Below the pieces are notes generated by a model that did no database searches, was not told the DNA's origin, and saw nothing but the letters and a program-made list of their open reading frames with translations. Position numbers and translations under genes: made by a program. Source: the human T2T-CHM13v2.0 reference genome, Homo sapiens. From it: 64,000 bases of DNA. The stretch's first letter is position 1. Every line of letters begins with the position of its first letter. Shown here in pieces: positions 16,201-32,592 of the stretch. The stretch lies in the NCBI RefSeq assembly GCF_009914755.1, contig NC_060927.1; one strand, 5' to 3'.

Positions 16201-17682
16201 ACCTCTGAACCTAGAATTTTTCCTTTATAATCTGGTGATAATGACTTCACTTTTGTCCTGCATGGTTGTGTTCTACGTTGTATAATGCACCTAGAACATA
16301 ACTTAGGTGCTCATTAAATAGTAACCAGTGTGACACAGTAGTAAGAAATGGTCATCTTCATTTTTAAAGAGGATGGCAAGAAAATGGCATTAATCCCTGT
16401 AATGAAATTTTGTGTATGGTGCAGATCAACAGCTTAGGAGTAGGAGATTTGATTGGAAGGTGAGCAGGTTCCTATTCTTCTTAGTTTAAATATAATTTTC
16501 CCAGTTATATAACGTAGTTTGTAGGTGTATTAGGAAAGAGATTAATAACCATATTGTGCCTCAGTTTCTATACCTGCAAATATATGGATGGTTTGAAAGA
16601 TGAATAAAAGTATACAGAAAACTTCGAAGTCTTGATGAGAGAATATTGATAATTGTAAAGGATTAGAGTGATTATTGTGATTACAAGGTAAGAATTCTTT
16701 CCACCCAGGCGACTGGAGGAAGACACAGAAAATCTATCGTATTGCACTGCTGATTTCAAAGGAGTTGCTTTGAGACTACTAAATGCTGAGAAATTGAACA
16801 CTGGCAGTACCGGCTCACTAACAATTTTGTTGTTTTCAGTTTTTAAGTTACACAAGAGTGGGTGAAAAAAATTTATTCTAGGTGCTTTTGCAATCTAGTG
16901 GGCTTATAATACCCAAAAGGCTATAGGATCAGTCTGTTGTCTTCTGCTTTTCTTCCCAGCTATAAAAATTATTTCTGCACACTTTCATCAGCACTAAGCT
17001 TCTTCAGGGCAATAAGAGATAGAAGAGAAACACCTGGTTCCTCTGTCAGGTATATTTCAGTTCTATTCCCCACCCACATTGTTAGCTCAGCTTTGAGGGC
17101 CATACTGCTTCTAGTGGCCCCTCTTTGTTTTACTGCCAAATGCCCCCAAACGAGAATAAGCTTACCTGACAAAATTACATCTCATAAATTAAAAATAAGG
17201 TTTCTTCCTTCCTGCTTCCCCACTCTTCACTTTATACCACATACATGCCCACATTTGTATGCATACAGACCACCAGAGGAAGGATGAGAAATGGAAGAAC
17301 AGTGGTTCATCTCTAAAGTCTGATACTGCTCTGTGGAGGCTGTTAGTGTTTGGCCTCCACACTTTAAAGGTATCTTCAGGTAACCTACACTATCTATTAT
17401 TTTAGGGGCAAGAATCACCACCATTTCACTTTCTCTTTGTGAATTTTCTCTTCTCTGTGCTGCCAGTCAGCATCAAATTTGGACTGCATTCCAACCAAAA
17501 GAACTTACAGTTTTTGTTACATCACTGTTTAGTTGGCCCTGTTAATTTAGTTTTTATATTAACATTGAGATATTTTGTGATTGATCACAAATATTAGACA
17601 TTCAGTCTATAGTTGTTATCATCACCTTATTTAAGATGTAATGATCTAATCACAGTACTTCCAGAGGTTCTGATTATTACCA

Positions 17683-17697
17683 GGGACAAAATGTCCT
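17683..17697. promoter_or_regulatory. Androgen/steroid response element-like palindrome GGGACAaaaTGTCCT (intron 16)
   Basis: Near-perfect IR3 match to RGNACAnnnTGTNCY; matches my recollection of a reported NEP intronic ARE. Confidence 0.7.
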
Positions 17698-20369
17698 GTG
17701 CTTTTGGTAATTCCCAGACTGGTTTGAGGGCACATCAAGAAAGATCTCAAAGAAGAAAAGGCAAATACTACACACTAGTGCTGTGTAAACCCAACCACCA
17801 TAATTCTAATTTTATTTGAATGTTTGGTGGTCATAAATAGCTACCTATTTTCTTTAAGGTATAATTCACAGTGGACATTTTAATATGCAAAACTCTCCCT
17901 GCTGGAAATTTGCAAACATAAATCAAAATGCAGTCTTAAAGCCCTCAATGTAATGTAACAGAAGAGCAGAAAAGCACTAAAACAAAAGGTATGACATTTA
18001 TTTTTACAAAAGCAATAGACACAAGATGGATAATATATAAACTTCATTCGTGTCCTACTTTTGTGATCTATTGTTATCTGAAACATTAATTTCATATATC
18101 CTGTTCCTCTCCTCTGTAATCACAGTTTAAAAACAACTTGGATTGGCACCTTTTCTATTTCAATATTAGGATTTTTGACTAGTCCAGAGCCAAAAAATAT
18201 GCAACTGTTATTTGTAATTACCTGTAAAACCCATGTAGAATTCACTGTCACTAAACCAGAAGTTCGCAATTGAGAAACTGAACCCTAAAACCACTGGGAC
18301 CTAGATACCTGTTAAATTAACTTTTATAGCAGTTAAAACTTTAATAACTATAAGCTGTTTACCTAAAAAATTTGCTGCCACGTTTGCTATGAAAATGTCG
18401 AGGACACATCAGAATTACCTTTCAGAAGTCATGCAAGGAACAATGTTTCCCCCTAGGAGTAGTAAGAGCACATTTTCCATTTTGACTTTCTTGCCAGACA
18501 GCTTGGAATCGTATCTGAACCTGAATTATAGTAACTGTCTGAATATATATAAACATAGTCATAATATATTTCCTAATCATGATTTTTGTTTATTTTCTTT
18601 TATAATACTTCGTAGTCACGTCAACGCAATCTATTTGTTCTACATCGTTTCTGATCTCTCAATTTTAGTCTAATATCCCTGGGTTTACACATACATGTTT
18701 TTCTTGTGAGTCAACACAAATTATGTGGGAAGCAAATAGAGTTTAATTAAAATAAATAAAATTATATTGTTGTAATCATCAACCTGCAAGAAATACTAAA
18801 ATACTGATGACTCGGCTGTAATGAAATTAAGGAGGACTGATATTATCAGTCCCCCCCCATCCTGTTTAAAAATGCTTTCTCGATTTAAAACAACAGCAGT
18901 AACAAACTAAGGAAGAAACATGTTGATCAATCATTCTTCCCCATCTCCAAGCTTTTTTTCTTCCTAAAGAAAAATTAACAGAAATGTTAACTAAATTTTT
19001 TTAAGTCCCAAATCCTTTATATAAAAAGTCTTGATAAGTTGTTGTAGACAAAACCCATTCTTAGAATTTATCAGTCAGTTGTTATATATTGCCCTGTGCT
19101 AGTTATTTTTAAGAGATCAAAATAAAATTCACTTCTGACAGCCCAAAATAGTTACTGACATTGTAACTAAAGCAACATTGTAACTAAAGCCTACTTTGTA
19201 CAGCTCACCTGGCAGAGCAGGGTCTAGAAACAGTTCTGATGTAACCTAATTGTGCTAATTACTGTACACCCCTTCTGTGAGTAGGATAATTGTCATACTA
19301 ACAGTTGCCATGAAAGTAGAACAACTGCAGTGAAGCCATTAGATGATGATCTCTGACTACCTTAAATGTATGCATGTATGCTGACATTTAAGAGGTTATC
19401 TGAAGTCAAGCAGTATCCATTTTTCCAATGAGCAAGTAACGATATATGTAGTAGTCTACTAAGATGAGAACTTTAGTCCTGTTGCGCAAAATTTCTGAAC
19501 ACATGATTATTAATATGCAGTCTTCATAACATCTGAGCAGAGAGACATGGGAACTTTGGCTCCTATCCTCATCCCTCAAATTATCATCTGGGAGCCATTT
19601 TTTTCCATTTTTTCATTCAGCCTATAGTTATTTATGCATTTTTCTCATCTCCTCAACTAAACTAGAGTCTCCTGAAGTCAGGAACTGTATTTTATAAAAT
19701 CTCTGGGTTCTATACAGAGCCTTAGACATGGTATAGACAGACAGACAGACCGACAAATCTACTTAAGAATGACCTGGGTTTCATTTTAAAGTCATACAAA
19801 AATATATCTTTGCTCAATTAGCTGGAATGTTGTATTTTTTGAAAACACTTTTAAATGGCAATAATCAGAGACATATTACTCTAAGACAACTACTTGAGAT
19901 ATCTTAGTTCCCAAAAAGGTTCTTTGTAAACCAGGAATTAACTATTTTTAATATACTTGGATCTGAAGTTTTAATGACCCACACTTCAGTATTCTGTCAA
20001 CTGCTCCAGAATCGTTGTCATAGTTACCTAGTATCAGGAACATAAAGCTAAATAAATTTCAATACAATCTTAACCCATTGCAATTTCTGAAGTGATACAT
20101 TTTAATAGGTTTTGCAACATCAGAGGCCTCCATAAAAATCCATGCAAATAAAATAAAAGATTACAGACTTGAATATATGCTGATGTTTTTCAAGAAATAG
20201 AAATGCTTTCAAATGAGCTCTCACCTAGTGAACTAATTTTAATTTGTTGATCATGTTTCAAACAGAAAGTTAAGATTCATCTAGGAATGGTAATAATGCT
20301 TTAATTGTGTGAGTGGGTTGAATCAGATAATGCAGTATCATTTGTAAAGAGTTCTTATGTTTTCTACAG

Positions 20370-20428
20370 GTGGATAAGTGGAGCAGCTGTAGTCAATGCA
20401 TTTTACTCTTCAGGAAGAAATCAGATAG
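20370..20428 (+). CDS. MME: Neprilysin exon 17 (WISGAAVVNAFYSSGRNQI), 59 nt; VNAFY substrate-binding motif
   Basis: tttctacag| acceptor, TAG|gtaagg donor. Confidence 0.97.
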
Positions 20429-22706
20429 GTAAGGTGTATTCTTAAATAATTATTTAATATTTCTCTATCGTTCCCAACCTGTAGTGCATTGTATGACCAA
20501 TTACAATACCTCTAAACAAGCACAGCTGAGGCTGAGTTATTGCTCTATTGAATGCATTTCTTGAAAGTAAATGCATCCGTGTACCTTCTTTCACTATAGT
20601 GGGAAAATTCAGATTGGTACAAATCACGTTAAGTAGTTTTGTTTCTTTTACAATATTCTTATTTATATCTAAAATGGTTTATCTTATTTCTAAATATTTT
20701 TATTTTATTTCTAAGTACCTTTTTTAAAGTCCCTTGAATATATCTATATAAAGTCATATTGACTTTAAGACTCATTAAGCATTAGCTTCTTAAAGTGGTT
20801 TAAGGTTTCAAGAGCCAACTTTTCACAGATCCAGTCCTCCTGGCAATTCTGTATGCTGGCTCTGTGAGAGATGATCCTATTCTATGTCATCTTCATTCAG
20901 GAAGGCTCCAAGGGGTTTAGAAAGTTGGAATCTCAATTATATTCGATTGAATCGTATGAAATTGTATTTACCTAGCCACAATTGATCAAAAAAGAAAAAA
21001 TTTCGTAAGTTCGCTTATAGTATTATTACAGACATATATATACATTAACACATGAATAAGTTATCATATATGATGAATAACTGAATGACATAATATGACA
21101 AAAATATTTTCTTCTTCTTGGGAAGGCCTGGACATCTTTGAACATACATTGGCTCACATATATCACTTATCACATACATTGGCTCATTTTTTTTCAGGGG
21201 GTTTTTAGCATTAGAAAGGTACTCAACTGATTCAGTACTGCCAGAAATATTCTAAACAAATAGTAGAGCAAGCTTCTGCAGGTGCACTCAGTTCTCCAGG
21301 TACACTCAGTCCTGCCCTTCATTTCTAAACGTGGTCTAGAATTAAGAGAGATGATAATCTCAGCATTATTCTAAACCATTCTTCTTATAGCTCAGAGTCT
21401 GTTGTAAGCCTCATTTTTATTGAATTCTATTACCAATTAGATTAGAAATTATAAAAAATCTTACAAGATATTTATCATTGGCTAAAAAAAAACTAACCTT
21501 AAAATAAATTGTATATTTTTAGGTTAAAGTTTGATTATACCTTTCCCCGTTGCTTTCAAGTCTAAAAAGAGTTAGGTTAAGAAGTTATCTACAGTTTCTT
21601 CTAGTATTTTTATGATTTCTATTTTTGGAGTAAAACCTGAATCCATCTGGAATTTACGTTGGTACATGACCTGAAACTGAATTATATAAAGTAACCAGAA
21701 AAGACTGTTTTGTATAACATATAAATAATAAGTAAGATATGTTTACTTGGCTTAAAATTACTTAGCTCAAAGTCTAAGCTAATGCTTTCTGGCTAGGGAA
21801 ATGATTACCCAAACCCATACCAGAACGTGCTTAATAATCAACTCCTCAGAACCTTTGCAGTCAGTCCTTTATAATATATTATTTGAAACCATTCAAATCT
21901 TGTTTTAAAATGCCTTTATCTCTAGAGAGTCTTCACTTTGAAGCCCTCTTTTTAATATTCAGTAGTTCTGTCAGTGTCTAGTTCATTTGGTACTGAGACA
22001 AACGTAATAATTAACTTTCAATGGAATCCCAAGTCAAAGCAAGGCAACTTAGACTCCTTAGTGCTGCATTAGAGCAGAATAAGGGATGCAGCTTCATTTC
22101 AGTCCAGCCCAGGGAGGACCCTGGATCCTATCGGAGCTCATGCTGGTGCATCCTCAGTAGGACCACTCTGGCATGTTCAGTCCTTCAGCCCTTCTCTAGA
22201 GTAGGCTCAGGCATTTATGCCAAGCAGGACCTTGTTTGATTCTGAATTACCCCAAGCCCCTGGAGGTGGCTCCAAATTGGCCCACTTCAGGGATTCCCCG
22301 ATCAGAGAAGAGCTGAAAATATTTTCATTTTGAGTATAATGTCTTGAAACCAAAGAAGCACACAGAAAAAGGAAAAAGAAGGTAAAAGTGGCCCAATAGT
22401 GGTCTATTTCACAAAATAAACAATAATCCTCTGGTAAATCAAGAATTAGCTATAATAACAATTCTGAATATATAAAAAAGACCTTTTCCAAGATCCTTAA
22501 AATAAGGATCCAATGGAAATATAAAATAAGAAAACTTGTTAACCTCTTTTCATATGCTTGCCTGGTTCTTGAACAGCAGAAGAAGGGAAATCCTTGAAAT
22601 GTACACTTTTTTTCTTTCACAATTTAAATCTTCAAAGTGGGGATTGTCTTAACTAAAAATAGTTGAAGAGTCAAATCTCCATCTTTTTTCTTGATAGGAA
22701 TGTTTA

Positions 22707-23058
<352 letters not shown>

Positions 23059-23840
23059 CTATATACATGTCTTCTGCAACACTGTCTTAATGGATTTGGG
23101 ATAATGTCCATTATAAAATTAGGGTTGGTATAGAGTAATATGTGCCACGTAAGTGAGCCCCTCCCTCCATACACACACATAGACATACAAATACTCCAAA
23201 TTAGACTGCATACACTTTCTCACGGGATTGGTCATTTTATGTTGTTATGTTAAAAAAAGAACTTGTTTTGTTATATAGAGACTTACTCATATCAATAATT
23301 TCTACTTCTTAATTCAGTTTTCACCATTTTGTTAGAACTCACACATGTAGGCTACATTCCAATTTGTATGCATTCCTACTCTTCATATCAACAAAAAAGT
23401 CAATTTCCAAGAAAGAAGGCAAACTAAAAGTGCTTAATCCACTGTTCCTCTTCCTTGCATGTTTACTTCATGGAGCTCTAGAAGGCCCCTGTGCCATGAC
23501 ATTAGGAAAGCTGCGCTTCAATGTTTTGTCATATGGTTCTCTGTAAGTTCTAGGTGCTGTTCAGTCATCTTATTAAACCTTAAAATCGCAGTCAAGGAAA
23601 TAATTTAGTGTATTCTCCTTTTTCATTAAAATTGCAGAAAGGATCTTTTAAATCAATTTTTTTAATTTCTCAAATGTGTAAGTTCTTCAGTGTGTTCAGT
23701 CTGTGTCGACTATAAATACCTTGAGATAGTTAAATTTTCTAAATTGCCTTATTTATTCTTAGGAGTTTTATTTTCAGACTTGAAAATTAAGACTGTTTCC
23801 AAACATATTGTTACTCCATTTAATATAAAAAGAATGTTTA

Positions 23841-24146
<306 letters not shown>

Positions 24147-25479
24147 TTAATTATTTTCCACCAAAAAAATTACTTAATTGCTGCCTTAGGCTACATATGA
24201 AATATTCTAAAATTGAATTGCTAGCAGCCTTCAGAAAATAAACCACAGAAGTTGTGCTGGGGAGGCAAAAACAGGGGGAAGAGGAGACATGGTCTTTTGC
24301 TTCATGGCCCAATGACTTATTTAATTAACTAACTTGTTGACAATCATGAACATAAAAAATGCACAACTAAGCAGTTGGTTATAAACAACAGTTGTGATGC
24401 CTACTAGGTAACAGCAATAAGGCTAGTGGGGAAAATCCTCCTTACAGAGATTTAGCTGACAAAGTAAAAGGGGAGGTCATAATTAGCAAAGTTGAACTTG
24501 AAGACTAATATTTAATAAGAACCATAAAATCTTATCACTTGCCTGAAGAATGGCATATCAGGGTATGATTAAAGCAGCAGGATCTTTGTAGTTAATATTT
24601 AGTCTTGATAGCACATTTCATAACAGCATTTTATATAATGGGTGGATTTTAATCAAAGTACATAGTGTGGGAGATAGTATTCACTTTAACTTAATAAAGT
24701 ACTGCACATAATTTTTATACTTTAAGGTAAAAATAAGTTCATGGCTCCATTTAGCTCAGGCTGCTACACGTGAGGTATAACTTTCATAAAAATTCTCTAA
24801 AGACAAAAGTACTTTTTTGTTGTCGTGTCATTTGAATGTTATGGCAACTTTCCAAATTTTTGTAGAGGTCTGGGGAGCAATTAAATTGCTCAGATGCTTT
24901 TTGAAGTCTTCTCTGTAAATATCTAATATTTATCCCTGAAGCCCATGCAAGGTTATACTGTGTTCAGCCCACCTGAAAGACAAAGAAATAACATGTGCTA
25001 CTCTGTGTTAACTAGATCTTAAATTTCTTAAGGTCAGGGCCCTTGTTTTATTTTCTTAATGTCCTGCATAGCAATGACCCAGGGCTTTGCACTTAATAGG
25101 TATTGATACTGAAGGGTTTTTTTTTAATTACAGAAAGTAACGTTTCAGTTATTCAGTGGATGCTAGAGTTTTAAGCCATTAAAGATAGAATTACTAAACT
25201 ATGAACATTTAATTAATTTAATTTTAATTTCTTTCTAAGGTCAAAGATTAGTTACCTCCAAATAACATGACCCAAAATTTGATTAAACAGGGGAAATATA
25301 TTCCAAGGGAAGATACTCTCCATCTTTTATTAGTATTTAAGACACATTATTAGTATATTTCAGAAATAGTGAAATATATTTCATGAGAGTATATATTATA
25401 AGAGGATACTGGAATGGGGCAGGGAAGGGGAGGGTATGATGGAGGTGGAGAGGTGGGAGAGGACCCTGGGGCCATAGGC

Positions 25480-26350
25480 CAGAAAGATGTGTTTAGCTAG
25501 AGAGCAATGGTAAGCCTTCCAAAGATTTTTAGCAGGAGAATGATGATGCCCAGAGTTGTCTTTAATCTGGCTACAGGATAGATTCAGAGAGTAGATTAGA
25601 TTTAGAATAGATTGTAGTTGTGTGAGACAGAAAGTGGGAGACTGATTAGGAAATTAAGTCATTCCTGAGACAAGGAATGAGAGTATGTGTAAACAGTAAT
25701 ACTGACAGGAGAAGATAAAGATGCTCCTGAAAGCTACCTCACCCAGCCTCTGCCTAAGCAGACTTGTAAAAGACTGTAAAAGAAAGGAGGCATCTAAGAT
25801 AAGTAGAAACATTTACTTTTGCTGATAGAGACCCTTCAAGGGCCATTAGCAGAAATAATACAAAGACTGAGGGCCTAGAGGGGAAAATGAATTTGATGTT
25901 TGATGCATTAAATATAACACATTTGTGAGACATCTGAATGGAGAAAGTTAGCAAGTTAATGCAGATGTCAGAGTAGACATACTGAAAACTACAATTCATT
26001 TATTTATTCACTAAACTCTGTAGGACACATTAGTAAGTTAGGGTGATCATTCATTTATTTATCATTGATTATTCATTGATTCAGCACATTTCCTGAGCCC
26101 TGATTATGTTCCAGGTACTATTCTAGTTTTAGGCATTGTTCAATTTTAGGCATTTAGATAATGAACTAGAAAAATGTATGAAATTAAAAAATAAACAAAT
26201 ATATGTACAGACACAGAAATCTCTGCTCTCAAAGGGCTAATATTTGAGGAGCTGGGGTAGGATTAGGGCAGACAAGAAAAGGAAGGACTGTGATCATAAA
26301 GAAATAAATAGAATATGAGGTAGTCATAAGTGCCTTGATGAAAATAAGGT
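25480..26350 (-). mobile_element. Degenerate L2 fragments
   Basis: ttttagcaggagaatgatgatg, gacatctgaatggaga, cattcatt...tgttccaggtactattctag; approximate. Confidence 0.5.
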
Positions 26351-26760
26351 AAGGTTATGTGATTGAGGTATACCTTCAATTGAGTGGCAATACTTATTTA
26401 AGATATTATTGTAGATGGATACAATTTCTGCAATAACATTAAAAATAATATTGGTGTTACTGAGTAACTATTTCTTCCAAATATTTATAAGGCAGAAAGG
26501 ACCTTCTGAATGAAGGTTATAACTTCCCTTTGCTTCAAACTCCTTACAGCACAAAACAATCTTGGATTGTAAAGTGAATCGTGATGATAAATCATAGTTT
26601 ATAGCACCACTCCAAGGTGAACTCTGTTGTCATCCATAATAAAATGCCTGCATTGGTTTCTATTACAGAAGGTTTTTGTATATAACTAAGTGAAACTGAC
26701 ATAGTGAACAGCAGCTTAGCAAGCACAAAGCCAACCCCAAGCCTGCCATCACTGAATAAT

Positions 26761-26830
26761 GCCATGGTGGCATGCGCCTGTAGTCCCAGCTACTCCTGAG
26801 GAGGGAGGACTGTCTCTAAGAAAATAAAAA
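26761..26830 (+). mobile_element. Short Alu monomer remnant
   Basis: tggtggcatgcgcctgtagtcccagctactc...ctgtctctaagaaaataaaaa. Confidence 0.75.
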
Positions 26831-26862
26831 TTTTAAAAACTTATGCCACAAATAATCTCTAA

Positions 26863-27030
<168 letters not shown>

Positions 27031-28230
27031 TGAGGTATATGCTCATAAATTTGATTAAGAGTTATTATAATTTATTACTACAAAGCTACATTTATTCAAA
27101 CATGTATCATTTCTCTAATTTTCACCACACTTTCAATTTTCCCTTTAAATTGTTGCTTAAAGAGATCAGAAAATTCTCATAGTGAGTTAAGCAATGTGTG
27201 CTTTACACTCTGGCAGAATGAAGTAAATATTCCCATTGGGAAAATACTATGGTGTTTGTCAGCGGCAGTGATAATACTAGGTCTTAGTTTCCTGGTTGTA
27301 TATGACGTACCTTGTCATACTCTTAAAGGACAGGCTGCATGTCTATGTCTTAAAATCAGATGTAAAATCAGAAAATATTGCCTCTCCAAGAGCTCAAAAG
27401 ACTCTTAAGCTGCTTAAGAGACCTTTTTTTTTTCGTCTTGTACCTACTACCTAGTTCAAGTCTTTGCAAACAGTTAGGCACTTAAATGCCACCCTAAATG
27501 GAAAAATCAATTTAGAGTTTCAATCAAAGCTGAATTCCTGAGAGGAATAAAGACGTGAAATATGTAAAGAGGTGATAGTTCAATCTATGACAAATTTCAT
27601 TCACAAATGGAAAGTAGAGAACAATAGAGAGAAAATACTTAATCCCCATTTTAGAGAGCCAGAGAAAGAAAAAGAGACAGAAATGTTAGAATTCTTAAAA
27701 AGACTTACTAAGTGTCTATTAACTCAAACTATGCAACAGTCTTTACAGGTAGGTTCTAATACTGTTTCTGTTTTCCAAGTGGAAAAAAATAAAAACACAT
27801 GAAAGATTTGCCCAAAGGTAACAAAGATAGGAACTGGTAGAACCAGAAGGTGAATTCAAGTAGGTTGGCTACATAGCCCTTTTCTTAATCACTACGTCAT
27901 AGGCAAATATGAAAAAGATGGTAATATTGTGTCAAAACACATGATACATATAAATGCAATTGGAGCTCAAAAGGGAGAAAGATCGATGTAGTTTGTGGTT
28001 GGCAAGGAAGCTGTAGGAGAAAAAGACTTTTTTTGTGTGCTTGAAGTAGAGGGAAACTATGAGTCCACAGTGTCCTATGAAGGGTCCAGGAATATAAAAA
28101 TGCCAGAATAAAAATGTTGGCCATTTTAAAAATCTCAAAATATCAAACTAAACAGACTTGGGTCAGGTAAAAACCATTCAACAGAACAAGGCATAACTTC
28201 AAGAATATTTTGTCTGGCGGCCTCTTCTGA

Positions 28231-28614
<384 letters not shown>

Positions 28615-28708
28615 TAGCATTCTCTTGAAAAGTTTTAGACATGTTCAATCTTAAGTGTATTATTGGTGGTTTCTTTTTTTAACAATCCTAATAAAGTGTC
28701 TTTTTTAA

Positions 28709-28813
<105 letters not shown>

Positions 28814-29979
28814 TAGAGTGTTTCTCATATTTAATAATTCATTTAAAACCTTTTGCAAAAAAAGAAACTCATATAAGCAGTAAATGATGAATAGAAAATG
28901 GAAAAAAATATGAGAAGAAAGAGTGGTGAATATGCTAACCATAAGGGTCAATACATTGATGTGACGGAGCTGAACACTTAAGTTTGCAAAGAGCCAAGAA
29001 GAAGAGAAAATATGGAATATTATATCAGCTGAAATGAGGAGAGAGCAGGTTCACAAAGGAGGCAACATTTTTCTAAGAAATAATCTCTGGAATAATTTTT
29101 TTAGAAGAAATGTCCCATAAGAAGGATTATTTCAGGGTCTTTGACCAATATAAGAAACAGGACCTTCAGTTTTGTAGCAGGTGAAGTAGCATTTGGGAAC
29201 AAAAATCAATGTAAACCACAGGCATATTAAACCATAGTTCATATATGATACAGTAAGGGACTGACGTGATATGGTTCCAGCACATGGCCTTGTAGTCAAC
29301 CACACTATTATACACAGAGGACTATTAACAGTGGAGCATCCGTTAGAATCCCATTTAGCCTTCCATTCATTCTTGCATTCAATACATATTCATTGAGGCT
29401 TAATAGGTTTGGCAGTATTCAAAGAGCTGGAGATAAAGCAATGAATGCTTTATGAAAGGTCATTATTTGAGGATCTGAGCAAGGGTTAAAAAATAGTCTG
29501 GTGGATGCCATGTGCATAAGAAAAAGCAGGGAATTTCATAAAAGGGTGGAGGAATGATGGTCTAGGAAGCAACAAAAAGGAATGAAGATGATTTTGAGTG
29601 TTTTTCTCAACTATGAAGTAGCCCATATGTAGGAGAAAGAGCAGCATCTACTTGAGATGTCACAAGGAACAACTTGTTCCTAGGCTAGAACTAGGCTTCT
29701 CTAAGACAAGGATGGATGGAATGATCAGTGGAGTGAATGAGGATGTAGAATCATTTGTTCATTATAGAAATGTTTGGATTAGAGTGGAGGAGGTGAACAT
29801 CAATGGTTGGATCAGGGAAGAGGAAGCACCAGAGAAGTGGAGAAAGAGGTGACTGATGGGGCCTGCAGTTTGTCAGTGACCAAAGATGATCAGAGTGTGA
29901 AGCTTGGGAGATTAAGTCAGCTACAAGGTTTCCAAAAGAATGAGTCCAACCAGTTCCAGGGACATGGGAGATTGCTGCT

Positions 29980-31005
<1,026 letters not shown>

Positions 31006-32096
31006 AGGCATTGGCACTCAATATTCCCATGGTGATTCTAATACACAGCCAGATTGAGAATCACTGCTATAAAATCCAGCCAAAGTTGGGATTGATAGTA
31101 CTCCCATGGAGAACCTCACCTAGAGCAAGTACAGAATTGTTAATGATGAAGCAAATTACAATTGTGCAAATATTTTATTACACTTTGAAAATATGTAAAT
31201 TCTTAACGTGTAATGCCTTGCCCCCCTGCTAGATTGCGAGCTCTCTAAGAGGGAGCAGGTGCAAGCCTTTCCCATATCCCCAGCATCTTTACATAGTAGA
31301 GGTTCAATAAGTCTATGTTGACGGTAAGTGGAAGAAATGAAATATATTTTCTGCTCATCTAGTTGGTCACATTCCTTTGTATTAAATTGGAAATGACACA
31401 TCTCAGAACGTTTATTATGAATTCGTTTTAAAAGTTTATTTAGTAGAGGAAAACTCATTTTTTTCAGTAGCATAAATCTTTAAGAATTAAGAGGATTTTC
31501 TGACATTCAAATTACCTAAATATTTTCCTTCAAATGTACCTGAGGCTCAGTCCATTTTGTCCTGTCTTCAAAAGACCAGAATAGTTGCATTTTATTATCC
31601 TCAGACTCATTGGAGACTAGGCCTCTAAGGGATCTCAAGAGAATCCTTTGACTTGGCAAGAATCACTCGATCTTAGTCTGGTGAGTCTATTTTGCTAAGA
31701 TAGTAGTAACTAAGTTAAATGTAGCAATTGCAGACTTCCTTGGCAATTCATTTGTCCTGACTGGTCTTATTCATCAATTTATAAAACAACATTTAGATAA
31801 GTTTTTCATCACTTATTTAGGTCATCCATTCATTCAGTTGACATTTATTGATCACTTGACATATGCCAGGCTCTTGTCATCTACTATTCAGTAGCTTCTT
31901 CTTTTCAAAGCATTTGTAAATAAATTTGATTTGTCTTTCTAATCCATAAAATAGTTGTAGGTTACCATAACTAAATGTATTATCAGGGTGATTTTAACAT
32001 AAAATGTTAATTACTTGGTGGCATGATCTTTTACATAGGTTTATATATAACCTTAGGAATTAATATTATTGTTTTTCTATTTTATCAACTGCCTAG

Positions 32097-32207
<111 letters not shown>

Positions 32208-32515
32208 TGATTGATAGATATGAAAACCATTTTGAGTTATAATTTCACAGTAAGTTAGATGTCACATGCTGAGTTCCCTTGTTTTACAGAGCATTTGACT
32301 TGATTCACTTTCATTGTTTATAATAGACTGTTGGATCATATTAATGATAAATAACTATGTTCCTGGTTGCCTTTCATTGAACATTATTTGAAGAGCGAAT
32401 GGTTGAGGAATGCAGAATTCCAATTTAATTTTTCTCCTTCCCCTCAACTTGCTCAAACAAATAATCCTTGATTGAACCTGAGTACATGCTTTGCTTTTCC
32501 TATTCCTATCTCTAG

Positions 32516-32592
32516 GTGTGGTGTGGAACCTATAGGCCAGAGTATGCGGTTAACTCCATTAAAACAGATGTGCACAGTCCAGGCAATTTCAG
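32516..32592 (+). CDS. MME: Neprilysin exon 22 ([26 protein letters not shown]), 77 nt; catalytic His of DxHSP
   Basis: ctatctctag| acceptor, CAG|gtgcgt donor. Confidence 0.97.
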
